From Chlorokybus atmophyticus (lineage: Eukaryota > Plantae > Mesostigma and Chlorokybus algae): a DNA stretch of 64,000 bases. Positions 44,232 to 56,616 of the stretch are shown here, piece by piece; the stretch's first letter is position 1, and every line of letters begins with the position of its first letter. The position numbers and the translations under genes are program-made. The stretch is taken from NCBI GenBank assembly GCA_009103225.1, contig RHPI01002955.1, positions 154,486 through 218,485 of the forward strand, read 5' to 3'. The notes under the pieces were generated by a model, which worked only from the letters and a program-made list of their open reading frames with translations, had not been told where the DNA came from and made no database searches.

Positions 44232-45789
44232 GTCATCAACCGTTGCTAAGCAGTGTGACTGAACGGTCACATTTTTGCGGAATGCAGTTTGTGGGTTAAC
44301 ATAAGGCGCTTGATGTGTGTGGGTTTTGAGCAACACCTGTATGTGGACTGAGCAGAGTAGGACAACCATTTTGCGTAGAGTTTATCCATTACTACTGTAC
44401 TATGTCGGTTGGATAAACACGCGTGTGTTACCTGGACGTAGCATCATTTGAACGTTAGTGGTCGGGCTGTATGCTGAAGAAACGTTTTGTAACTTGGGAC
44501 CCAATGTAGTCACTTACAGTTGAACGGTTCAACTGTAAGTCAACCTTGTCACTTTGCCAATGAATGCTCAAATGCGCTGACTGCATGGCAGCTGAACTCT
44601 GCCAGAGCAGTGCCGGAGCTGTGCCTGCTTGTACGCTGATGATGCATATAATACTGCAATGCCAGTGCCATGGGTTTTTCTCTCTCTTTGCCTGCATGTG
44701 TGCTTTGCGTGTGTGCACGTGTGCGTGCATGTGCGTGCAGCTGTACATTGTGGTTGCGAAAACTGCGACCTGCTTCTTCAGTACGCACAAAAACACAGAA
44801 GACATTTCACATACCAACATGAAGGTAAAATGCGCATAGCACATCTTGCTGCTTGCACGTGCGTATGCTTCAAGTTGTATGTGCGTGCTTTTGCGTGTGT
44901 GTGTGTGTTGCTAAGCAAGTGGCAGCTTTTTTGATCTGATTGCAATGTCAACTAAAAACACTGCTTGTCGCAGCATGCATGTGTGTTGGTTGCAGCGTTG
45001 TTTGCGCTTAGTTCAACGCTTCTCGGCATGCATTTGACATGTTGTTATAGACCTTGTGCAGCATGCTGAAGGCAATATGAGCATAGCGTACAGGTAATCA
45101 TAACCTCCCAACAGGGCACTAGCCTTTCCCTGCTGCCTAACTCAGCATGTTGGACATCAACTGGCTGAAACAAACACCCACGACGCAAGATTACCACCTC
45201 GAGCTCTTTGAAAGCGACCGCCGCTTGAAAGCCACAAGCCTGTTCACCTGGTAGCTGACAGCCAGCCGCTGGATCCAGAGCCAAGTAAAGCCCACACCCC
45301 TCGCAAGCATCCACAAACTCCTCCGCTTCGCCACATCCTCTCTCTCGCCCTCCATCGCCTCCTCCGCTTGCTTGGTCACCGCCGCCCACCAGCCAGCTAA
45401 GCACAAGCTGTCAACCCAGCTGCAACTAAGCAAAGACTCGAGCTCGGCCAAAAGCAAACACACTTTGCATGCATGTGCTGTCGTGCTTATCGCCAAACGG
45501 GTCGCTCCGCATTCGGCCGTCCGATCGCGCCGACGGACGGCGAGATGCACGTTCCCGCGCTCGGTGACTGAGGGCCTGAAACTGAGCTGAGCCTGAGCTG
45601 AGGCTCAGCTGCTCTGTTTCTGTCGCTCTGCGCATGCTCGTGGCTGTCGGCGGCGTTGGTCGCGGTGGGGGCAAGAGGGGGGCCGAGAGACATTGATTAA
45701 GAGGGACGGAGAGCAGAAGGGAGGGGAAAAGGCGGGCGGGACAAAGAGGGAGGGAGCAGGGAGGGAGAGCAGGGAGATAGGGGAGGGGC

Positions 45790-46717
45790 ATGGCTGCAAT
45801 CAGTGGAGAAGATGCGGCGGCAGCAGCGGCAGCGGCAACTTGGACGCTGTGCAGCGTGAGTCAGTCGGCCTTCGTCCCGGTAAGTTGGCTGCCTGTGCAT
45901 GTCATGCAAACTGCTCAGCACTGTTGACACGCACTGTGACGAATGGTGTGATGCGTTGTAAGTCACTTACAACTGCACATTCACTGCACCGTGCAGTAGT
46001 AGTACTGGTGACTAGTTCTATTACGGTTGTAGTACTAGTGCAGTGAAAAGCTTAGTGCTTTATGCTGCAACGCAAATGCGCAGTTGTTCTTGGTTGTGAG
46101 CTGTCTTACCGGGCACATAAACGTGTTTGCAGGTGTGGTGGCCGATGCACACACCTTCTCTCACCTGGTCAGGTCCTACCGTGCTGCCATGGTTGCTTCT
46201 GTACTCATCGCAACCGCTGACCTCGCCAACGGCATCCAGCATCGGCACCTCAGCATCATCAAGCATACAAAGGCCACAAGCACGGGTGGCTTCTTACCAA
46301 GACTTAGACCAGCTCACTGCGGATTCGACAACCAACTGTCAAGGGTCGGTATCTTTGCAACCATTCGCATTTCAAACGCCTGCGCAGAGGGGTGTAGAGA
46401 TGCCGTCAACATCCATATCGGGCTCTCCTGAGGTGGAGTGCGCATCTTCCCAAGCCAAGGGTGAGAAAAGGGCTCGCAGGAGGTTTGCTGAACATGAAAA
46501 GGCTTTCAGGTGCGAAGTCTGCAACAAGGGGTTCGGTCTCGACTCCTCCAAATTGCATCATAGGGTATGTACATCAAAGCCTGTAGATTTCTACGAGAAT
46601 ATCGCGTTGTATTTGGTTATTGAAGGTTTACCTTAAACATGTCGTGTGCAGCTAAGAGAGCACTCTGAGGAGCATAACAAGTTGCTGAAGCGCAACAAGA
46701 GACCGAGGTGCTTGTAG
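45790..46717 (+). CDS. Small protein (about 196 aa) with a C-terminal C2H2/matrin-like zinc-finger motif
   Basis: Exons 45790-45879, 46133-46564 and 46652-46717 are all phase 0 and open. FRCEVCNKGF...HHRLREHSEEH; finger spacing is not fully canonical. Confidence 0.55.
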
Positions 46718-47253
46718 CATGCAATTTGGGCTGGATAGATTCGGTGATGTTGCGTTGTGCTCATATGTGAAATGTTTTTAGAGAAGTTAATGAGCTCAAA
46801 GCGCAAGCGTCTACATTGAGGGAGTCATGTGTCAGTTATTGTTGCAAACAGTGGATTAGCATCGACACATGCTCACCGGACTTGTCAACTACAAGTTGCA
46901 AGCTCTCTTGGCAGCGATGAAACTTGGTCAATACCTAATGTGGTTTGCTTTAGCAGAAAGTGTAAAACAACTCAGCAACCTATTGTCGCATGCCGTAGAA
47001 AACTCCCAACCCTTCTTCTTCAGCCTCGCCTCCAACCATAGGCCCTCACAACAATTGGGTGCAAGTCATCTACCTTTCGCATGTGTTTGGATATCATCAC
47101 ATGCAATAATGTCTTAGCTGGAAACAGAGGGCAGGGGAATCTTCCCCATGTGAAGGGAAATGCTGCCACCCACATCATCTATTAACAGCACAAGTGTGCA
47201 TGTAGGCACAATCGGAAGCGTGGGCCAGCGACTAGCATGCAAGTCAAACCAAA

Positions 47254-49933
47254 TCAACGCCGCCTGTGCCGACCATCATCGCCGCGCACATCGCCGTTCT
47301 CAACGGCCCTCTCGGGCCCCCTATCTCTGCTGCGACTGCGTCGTCTTCTGTGATCAGAATCCCTGTTGACAATCCATCTTAGCAATTTAACAACATGGTA
47401 CTCCATCATCAAATGTTGTCGCACACACCTGCTTCTGCGCTGCTGGTCTCGGTAGCTGCTGCCTCCACTCTTGTGATACTCTCGCCCACGATCTCTGCTT
47501 TCATGGCCATGATGCCGCCTGCGGTCTCTTTCACCGTCGGCATCGCGCGCATGGCTCCTGTGATTGTGATCTCCACGAGGACTTCTGTCTCGGTCACGGT
47601 CTTTGGCAGCAGGGGATCCATGATGGCCATTGCTCGTGTCCTTGTTGTCAACGGCCTCCTGCTGTTTGTTGCGCGCTTCACGCTCCTCCTGGCGCTTGGC
47701 TTTCATGGTCTCCACTGTTTGGCGAATCCTCTGATAGCCCTACAGCGCGCATGCTCAGTCAGCACTCTGAATGCAATGAACTGTACTTGGACAAGCATGA
47801 TGCACCGCTTCTGCTGTGCGTGTCTGTGGTCATGTTGAGGTATATGTGCACAAAAGCAACAGGAAGCATGCATTGCACGCAGATGCACATGTATACGCGC
47901 CCACATGCCCGCGTGCGCATACATACCAGTGCAATGCTCGATGCTATCCCAAGTCAGAGTACTGCATGTTGCTCGTGTAATATCATACACGCTTGTGGAG
48001 ACTGACGCTCAACCAACACTGCGTTACCACGTGCTGCTTGCCATCTAGATGGCTGGAGAGGCGCTTCTCGGTGTCGGTGGCGTCTTGCATGGCGCCGCAG
48101 ATATCACAGACCACCATGCGCTTCTCCTTCTCTAGGACGGACTGGCCGTACTCACCGGTGGCTGTGGCGGGAGCGAGGGCGGAGGCCCGCTGGGCCCGCA
48201 GGTCCTCGACCTCCCGCAGACACGCCTGCGCCTCGTCCACGCGCCCCTCCTGACCATGGCTGTCCGCCTTCTCCACCAACTCCTCTATCCTCCGCCCCAA
48301 CTCCGACACGCGCGCGGCCTCCTCGGGCGCAAGCGGCGGGGGCGGCGCATCCTATACGTGTACGTGCGCGTGAGTGAGTGAGTGTGGGTGACCATGTGCA
48401 TGCGTGCGGCTGCATCCCTCCCTGCCTGCATGCGTGTGCGCTTGCGTGCGTGTGCCTTAGCGCAACTGTGCACATGCGCGCCAGCATCGCGCCTGTTTGC
48501 ACATGTGTGCATGCGCGTGCGTGTGCATGTATGTGTGTGCGTGCCAGAATTGTCCGTGCATGCTTGATGCAGTGTCAACAATACATGTGTTGCATGTTCT
48601 GCATTTGCACACGGCTGTAACACGTCCACACATGCACCGCAACTGCATCCTCACCTTGTTCAGGCGTTCTTTGGAGCGGCGGATCCGACGGTCGAGGTCG
48701 ATGAGGAGGCGTTCTAGGTAAGCCAAGTATTCGGCCTCAAAGCGGGCGGCCAGTGTCGACGCAGAAGCAGACTCCGCAAGGTACGGCTCGCGCAAAGCAT
48801 CAACGTGCTCATTTGGGCACGGGCCCAAGTCAGACCGCGTGTTGTGGAACAGATCGTGTGGGCAGAAGTTCACCAGATGCCACCTGCCAGAGAGCGGACG
48901 TTCGTACACATATAACATGTATCATCACACATCTCTTGTTTGTACTTTATATAAATTGTACTCAAAGGGTGGAAGTACTGAAAAATCATCACACATTTGG
49001 TTGTGCACGTGCATGCACACGCGCTCATGTGCGCGCCAGTCCGCCCATTTGTAATTTCAGCGCACATGCAATGACACGCTCTTGTACACCATGAGACATC
49101 TCTTGTATTATTGTCGTTGCGGTGGTCGCAATTGCCTTCATAACCACTACTTGACGGAAGCTACAGCTACAAATAAACATGCAAGCGCGCAGTTGAAGCA
49201 AGTCAACAAGGACAAAAGAAGGTCTCCAACATATGCCTCCACTGCACCAATATTTGTGAGTGGATTTCTATTAAAACCAATTCTGCTATGCATACACCTG
49301 CCATGCAAGGACTCTGCTCTCAACTATCATGCCTAATGGTATTGCTGAAAGCTTATCACGTTAGCTTTACACGCAGATCTAATACTGGCAATGACACTAC
49401 TGTATCTACGACAATCCATGCTACCACGACTGAAATTGCATCAATACCACAAAATGCCACCTCATCCACGGTGCCATAGTGCTGCTACGATTAAACCGCT
49501 GTTGCTGACTTTGTACTTGTCAGAACCATCACCGTGCTACCCAAGACATGGATTGGTGAAGGAAGCATTATTCACATGCAAACAGCTGCTTATGCACTAA
49601 CAGTTTTGCCAACATTTTAAGTGTTGTTGACAATGCAACACTCACCAGCATTGCTACACCCAAAACTGATGGTCGAATGCAATTGACAGCAACGGACACG
49701 CTAAATGCAACACACATGTGACGCAGCAAACTTGCAACAAATATGCCAAGGAAAGAAAAAGTCACTATCATACACAAGTACGAGCAGACTGGGCCAGCAA
49801 GCATGCATTTGGGGTCTATTTCAGTCACTTGCCTGCAGACGTCAGAGTCGGTTAGGCTGGGCTCCCTGCGGGCATGCAGCGGCACGTCCCTGTCCTTGCC
49901 CATAAGCTCGTCCAAAAGCGCCCGAGCGTCCAT
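47254..49933 (-). CDS. LUC7: LUC7-like U1 snRNP-associated splicing factor
   Basis: MDARALLDELMG, VCR...FCPHDLFHNTRSDLGPC, VCDICGA...HLDGKQH and an RS/RD-rich C-terminus. Confidence 0.92.
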
Positions 49934-50096
49934 GCTGACCACCTCTCCACCACCGCATTCACACGGACATCCACAACAACACCGCCAACACCGCCGCCGC
50001 CGCTTCAGGCTTGGCTTAGGGTTCGGGGCATGACCAATAACACTGTCCTCGTTGTCGTCGTCGTCGTCGTCGTTGTTGTAGGCGGCGGCGGGGGGG

Positions 50097-51198
50097 ATGG
50101 TTGACCATCAAGCAGGATGCGGCTGCTGTGGAGGCGGCGCCGTCGTCGCGCCCGCCGTCAGCCAGACCCTAGAGGAGGTGGGGTTCTCCCGGGGGCTGGG
50201 CGCCGCCGCCTCTGCGGGGGACGTCGCCAAGGTCAAGCGCCTTCTCAAGGGCGGCGCTGACCCTAATGGAAGTGGAGGAGGGGGGCACACTCCTCTCCAC
50301 TATGCCGCCCTCGCCGGCCACGCCGACATCTGCAGGGCGCTGCTGGCTGCCGGCGCTGACCCCAACGCCCGCACCGCTGCCGGCGGCGCCACCCCTCTCC
50401 ACCGCGCCGCCCTCAAGGGCCATGCTGAGGTACGAACTGCTTTATAATGCAAGGTAATTGTATTTGTCAAATACGACGAGAGGCAAAGGGGAAAGCACAA
50501 CCACATCCACAACTACAAACAGTGCAACTGCTGTATTTCTTCTGTGTCTGGTTGATAGTAGGTACTGCAAACAGTCGCAACTGTGTCAACAGCTCATCAG
50601 GCATAGGTTGTGAAGCTGTACGCTCTTGTCTTCTGCCATCCTGTACATGAAAACATACAGGTTATTGCTGTTCAGTTCTGGTGGTTATAGTGTTGCCATG
50701 GGAGCACTCACTGTTTTCTATGCTTTGCTACGCATGCACGCATGTGTTGCAAATGTGTGTGCATGCATGCGTGCATGTGTGCGCGCATGAAAACATACAG
50801 GTTGTTGCTGTTCAGTTCTGGTGGTTATAGTGTTGCCATGGGAGCACTCACTGTTTTCTATGCTTTGCTAGGCATTCACGCATGTGTTGCAGATGTGTGT
50901 GCATGCATGTTCGTGCATTTTTGCATGGGTGCGAGAGCATGCAGTGCTCTGTATCCTCCACGCCATTGACCATGCGCACTACCCCTTCCTTCATGCCCGC
51001 TTGCAGTGTTTACCCTACAACCCACACAAATCAGCAGTTCTGTAACCGCAGGTTTGCATGGTGCTGTTAAAAGCAGGAGCCGACTGTTTGGCCATGGATG
51101 TAGAAGGGCGCACGCCAGTTGATCGCGCTGCAGATGTCAATGTCAAGCATGCCATACGCGCGGCGTGTCCACAAGCTGCCGCTTTGATTACCATCTAG
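50097..51198 (+). CDS. ANKRD39: Ankyrin repeat protein 39-like, 2 exons
   Basis: Exons 50097-50429 and 51052-51198 (phase 0). N-terminal CC...VSQTLEEVGFSRG motif plus ankyrin repeats TPLHYAA, TPLHRAA and GRTPVD. Confidence 0.85.
50646..50912 (+). repeat. Two tandem copies of a 140-bp unit in the ANKRD39 intron
   Basis: catgaaaacatacaggtt(a/g)ttgctgttcagttctggtggttatagtg... starts at 50646 and again at 50786, with few mismatches. Confidence 0.9.
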
Positions 51199-54100
51199 CA
51201 TGCGAGCCAGTTGTGTGTGTGTTATTTTTGACCACGTGTGCTTGTGGTGTTGTCGCAGTGATGTCTTATGCAAGCATCCGTGTTTGCAGGGACAAGCAGC
51301 AGAGTATCTTTCATTTGCCGGCTGCTGGCATGAAGCAGCACTGAGAGGAAGTGTACCCAATACTGTGTACATGACGATCATCTAAGGTACAGCATATGCT
51401 GTGTAGACGTTCTGTGCTCTGTGTTGGGCTCTGTAGGAGAAGTTCCGCATCCCCACGGATACGCGCGCTGCGCAGTAGAGTGCCAGGGGGCCACACAGGG
51501 GTGCAACAGCAAATGAAATGAGCCACCTTTTCGGGGTTATGAGTGGTTGTATCAGAGCGCTGGATGCCAGTGACAGTTTCAGCGCTTTAGCCTCCACCAA
51601 CATTGCATAGCGTGTCTGCAGACACAATCGTAGTAGTCCACATTGTGATGCTCACACGACAGTGTTTGCAGATGTACAGCCAATTTGCGCCCGCCTGGAC
51701 ATGACACATCAACTGACTGTTGACAAGCTGCCAGCGCGGTACGTGTTGCTGTTGTGCCAATGTTGCCAGCCTGCAGCATGCTGGTGGGAGTGTGTGGGTT
51801 GATCTTTGGCGTGTGACTGCAGGTGAGGTGGTTGTTCTTGTTCTCGGAGTTGTGGATGATGTTAGCAGCATCCACAGCATGCTGCAGGCTGTCTGTTGGG
51901 ATGCATAGCCTATGCGATAGTTTTTGCCAACCATCCTTGCACGTGGTTTTGCCCATTGTGCAGGGTCTGCATGGTCTGTGCTGTCAACTCCTTTTGTTGT
52001 CAAGATGCAGACCATGACCAGGCCTAGTCTTGTGGCCAACAACCATGCAAGAGTCTGTTTGATGTGTTGTTGATGTTGTCGTGAGTGGGTGGTTCAGGAA
52101 GTTATTGCTTACAGCATGGCACACCAAGCATTTTCGTCATTGCAGCATACCACCTGTCATACCTTGTACAGGATAAGCACGAGGCTGTGAAAAGCATGCG
52201 TTGGTGTGCCTTCACCATTGTGCCAACTCTATAGACGGCACATGTTCTGACAAACGTAGTGTACCACATGTGCATGCATGACTAATAGGGGGGCGTAGAT
52301 GTAGGTGTAGGAGTAGAGAAGGTAGCCCGGTAGTCGAGCATGTAGCAACGAGGTGAGTGTTTTCTGTAAAGTGTTGCAGTGTTGCGTGGTGTGGTCTGAA
52401 TGGGCATACCGCTCTCGCACTATCTGCACACACCTCGTGTACATGTTCTGTACATTCTACAGCCCATACCCATGCTATGATTAATGCATCATTTGGCATA
52501 TGGCCATGTAACCCTAACCATAATGTCTGCAACCATGGTGCTTGCTGTGTTGCCCGTTACAGAGGTACAAGATCACATGTGGCTGCTGTGGAGGCGGGGC
52601 TGTAGTAGCATTATCCGGTCCGGGTTCCCATCGTGGCTTTGCTGGTTGTTCCAACCTCTGCCTTTGCTCCTTCCATTCCCTCCCTACGCCCACACTGGTT
52701 TCTATATCATGTACATGATGTACGCAAGGCAGCTGCAAGCCACAACTCTATATATGTATGTAGTAGGTCAACAATTGCAGCGTACCCCTTGTACAAACAA
52801 TGCAAAACGGAAATGTGTACACATGGGCGCCAGCAATGTGTGCCCTGCCTGTAGCAAGTGCCTTAGCCACATGACTACAATACAAGTTGCCAAACTTGCA
52901 CAAAGTGCTATAAGTGGACTTGTGTGAAGAGTGCCGCATTTGCACGACAACTTCACTAAAACTATAGCCCCCACAAACATTTGTAGCGATGCCAGCTTGA
53001 ACACCGTCAATTGGAGGTAAAGACTTGTTTTATGTCACTTGCATTATATGATGTATTCACATATTAGCAATCTGCATACACCCAAACTACACTACCTTAT
53101 ATGATATCATATATCGCAAGCAATTGCAATGTGATTCAATATGGTATGTTATGGATCATCGTACGGTGAGGTATTGTGCACATCGTTAAGCATTCAATTA
53201 TCGCAGCAATCATATGGCTGCTAGCGGTGCGATACATGTTAATGACATGGATGTGCCTTAGAGCATAGCATAGCACCACTCTCATCTTACTTGTCCTGCT
53301 CACGCCCTATTGCAGGCCTAACTCCCTACTTTGTATTCCCAGGTTGATTGAGTATTGCTGTCTGCTGCGAACTATCTGCCCCACTGTCATTGCATAGCAC
53401 GGCACATACCATCACATGAGGTAGCAAGTACGTGGCCATGAGTGTGTCATTAATTGCCTCTGCTTATTATGCTTCTGCTGCTATGCATCATTGCATGTGC
53501 ACGCATGTTTGTGCATAACATACCATAATAATTACCGTAGACAATTATACCAATCTGATGATGTTTGAACATAAAGCTCTCGTGTTCAAAAATTAAATAT
53601 ATATATATGTAACCATAGCACTTGAGGTAGCGAATGGGTGGCCCGGGGTGTGATATTAATTGCCTCTGCTTGTTGTGCCTGCTCTACTTGCCCTACTGGT
53701 AAACCACTGGAACATCACCTCCCACCCTCAAGCACACATAATTGAAACATGCACAGCAGCTTCTGTGTCTACAGGTCCATGCCGTGGCATGCGTTTTGCT
53801 GGTCAATGAGTAGGTTATTGGTAATGACCAGAATTGTGGTGCTGCTTCACAGCCATTGTGTTCATCAAGACGGAATGGATAGGGCCGCCACAGAAGCGGC
53901 AGCGGTTGCTCGCTTTGCTCGCCGAAGCGATAACCACAACCCTAACTGCCGAACGGTTTTTCGTGTCAGACCTGACTCGTCAGCAGCAATGCGATCCAAC
54001 GCTTACCGACCTGTACGGCCACGACGACGGGCGGACGCACTCATCCCCTAACCACAAACATTAACTTAGGCCGATCCGATATCACATTCAGCGCCAAACG

Positions 54101-54339
54101 GGAGATTCCCGTCTAGCTAACAGCGCTAACGCCATGCCCGGCTAGTTCGACTGGCTTTCCCCGGATATAACTTCTGCAAGCTATCCTCTACGGTGGAACA
54201 GTACTGATATCGGCGGGTAGAGGATCAGCAGTCAGGTGTAAAACGGCCAAGATGGGGTAGCCGTACAGGAATCATGTGTGGCGCGCTACAGATCATGCAC
54301 TTGGCGCCAAAAACGCGCGCGCCACGACGGCTCAGAGCG

Positions 54340-54365
54340 CTGCCACGTAGTTATCGACGTCAGAT
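54340..54365. promoter_or_regulatory. ABRE/G-box-like (GCCACGT) and GACGTCA bZIP-type motifs upstream of the OXS3-like gene
   Basis: gctgccacgtag and cgacgtcag lie adjacent; short motifs, so function is unproven. Confidence 0.3.
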
Positions 54366-55452
54366 GAGTCCGACGTTGGTCACTGCGGTCGTCAGAGTCC
54401 TTATCCGGAAACCGCACACTTTAACCCGCGGTTGAAAGTTGCACAATTTAGGAATTACGCCCCGTTCAGACGCGGCGCTGACTGGGCTTTTACGGCCAAG
54501 TTTTACCCTTTTTTCGCAGAACAGAGGTTAGCGTGAAACGGGGATTCAGCTTGGTTAGGGTTTCGCTGAGGCAGCTGTGGGCGCTGACTGAGCGGCGGCG
54601 GCGACAGGGGCTGCGGCAGAGGCGTCGTTGGCGGTGTCAGGGGTGACGGGGGTTCTGTTGATACAGTTGGAGACGCTTGTATTTGCGCCTGTCTACGCTT
54701 TGCGCGTTGCTTTGGCGCTGGTGTGCGACCAATGCGGGCAGAGAGGTGAGGCTCAGCATAGTCCGCCTACTTGCGCTGTTGTTTGCATGCTTGATTGCGT
54801 TTGAAACCCGTTCATTTGTATGTGCGAAGCTGATGTGTATGTATGTGTGCGTATTGCCTTGCTATCTGGACACGTTTGGTTGGTTGCGCCCCATGTGTAA
54901 TTTCGCATGCTTGCTAGCCGTTTCAGTGTGCGGCATCCAGCTATGAACCTTGCTTAGCCTATTTGTGTCACAGCTTAGGGTTGTGTAAACAATCATTCAT
55001 TAATTGTCTACAGAAGGCCAGCTCAGCAGCTTTCAATACAGTTCGTTTCCTTACTGCTCTTGCTGTTGCTGCGTGGTGTCTTGCACAACGCAGCAACAGT
55101 GAAGAGCAGTGGTTGCGGTCTCAAGCAACAGGAATTTGTCCTGTAGTATATTTGCATTGAGTTGTTTGCGACTGTTTGCAACAGCTTAGGTTTGCACCGT
55201 ATGCCAGCAGCTTGAGTGTGCACCAGTCGTGGTTCAAGTTTTTGCTTTGCGTGTCGTGCGCATACAGTTCTGCCAGCTGCTTTAAGTAGGCAGACAGTTC
55301 GTCACAGAAGCAACCACTATTGCCGCAGACTGGAGCTTGCTATGACGAGTGAATGCCATATAGCACGTGCCAAGTGCTGATTGCTTATACTTGTCTATGT
55401 GGCAGAGCTTTGCATTAGACGGCCCGCTAGCAAGTGAGCCATTAGCCTTGTG

Positions 55453-56616
55453 ATGGCACTGGCAGCCAACTTCTTCTCATGGAACGGATGGGAGCCACAT
55501 GCGTACGACCACCACACTGCGGCGGGGGCGTGCGGCTCATCAAGCTCCACTGACAACTACACCACCACTCCACCAACATTATTTCCGGAGGCAGTCGAAG
55601 GGTGTTTGGCTCGGTTTTCGGTGCTCGGGTTGACCCGGCAACCGAACCCAGAGTCAGCTGCAGACACAACTAGTCACACAACCACCACACAGCCCGGCGT
55701 GCCCGTGGCCTCGCCGTGCACATCGGATACGTTTGTTAGCGCGCGATCCCTCCCGGCAGAGTCTCTCAGCCAGTATGGCGAGCCTACAAAGCCGATAAGC
55801 AGGTTACCACCACTGGCGCGAAGGGCCGATGGTGATGATGATGCACGGGTTCCAAGGCTCACCCGACAGTGCGATGCTTCTGCTGCCATTGCTGAAGATG
55901 ATGATGTCTGCTTGTCGGACATGGATGGCAGCGATAGCCGACCTGCATCTCCCGCGGACAGCGACTGCTCTGATGAAGTCTCACCCATGTTTGGCAAGCA
56001 TAGAAGGTGAGCAAACCACAAGCATTTGTATCTCAGCTGCAGCTGCGTGTGCATGCCCACGCCCTCATATACACGTGTGCTGAGTTGTCCGTGTCTCGCT
56101 TCTTTACTTGTTGTATTGTGCTCAAGTTGTGTATTTTTGAGAGATCATGGGCTGACTGTTCATTGTGGTTGCAGGCGATCCCTTTCACAGTGCTACCTCG
56201 GCAAGTCTCGTTCGTTCTCGTCTCTGACAGACCTGCGTGTGGCGTCCATCCATGAGATTGTGAAGCCGGACAAGAACAAGCGCAAGCTGCAGAAGATACT
56301 TGGCAGGGGAGGGCCTGTGCGGGGCCGCGGGCTCGCCATGGTGCTGAACCATGAGGACACCACATCAACAACTACAATGTCAACAACAGCTGGGCCTTGC
56401 AGCGCGGATACCGACCAACATTATCACCTGCACCGCCTGTGCAACAATGGAGCTGTAGCTGAACCGCGATCACCTTACTGCTGCGCTTTCAACCGCAGCG
56501 CTAGCAGCAGCAGCCTCACGGCTGCGAGCTTGCGATCGCACAGCCTGGGCCGCAGCTTCGGCAGCTCGGCTTTGCTCGAGCCCGTGCACGAGCTGAGCAA
56601 GTCCGACAGCTTCTGA
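55453..56616 (+). CDS. OXS3: OXIDATIVE STRESS 3 (OXS3/O3L)-like protein, 2 coding exons
   Basis: Exons 55453-56006 and 56175-56616. An acidic Ser/Asp stretch is followed by RRSLSQCYLGKSRSFSSL...EIVKP and a basic patch, matching the OXS3 core (RGLSxxYxGKSxSFxSL). Confidence 0.75.

Noticed and set aside
51382-52042. Overlapping minus-strand ORFs, one with a hydrophobic start
   Set aside because: No ATG or splice support and no motif; may be 3' flank.
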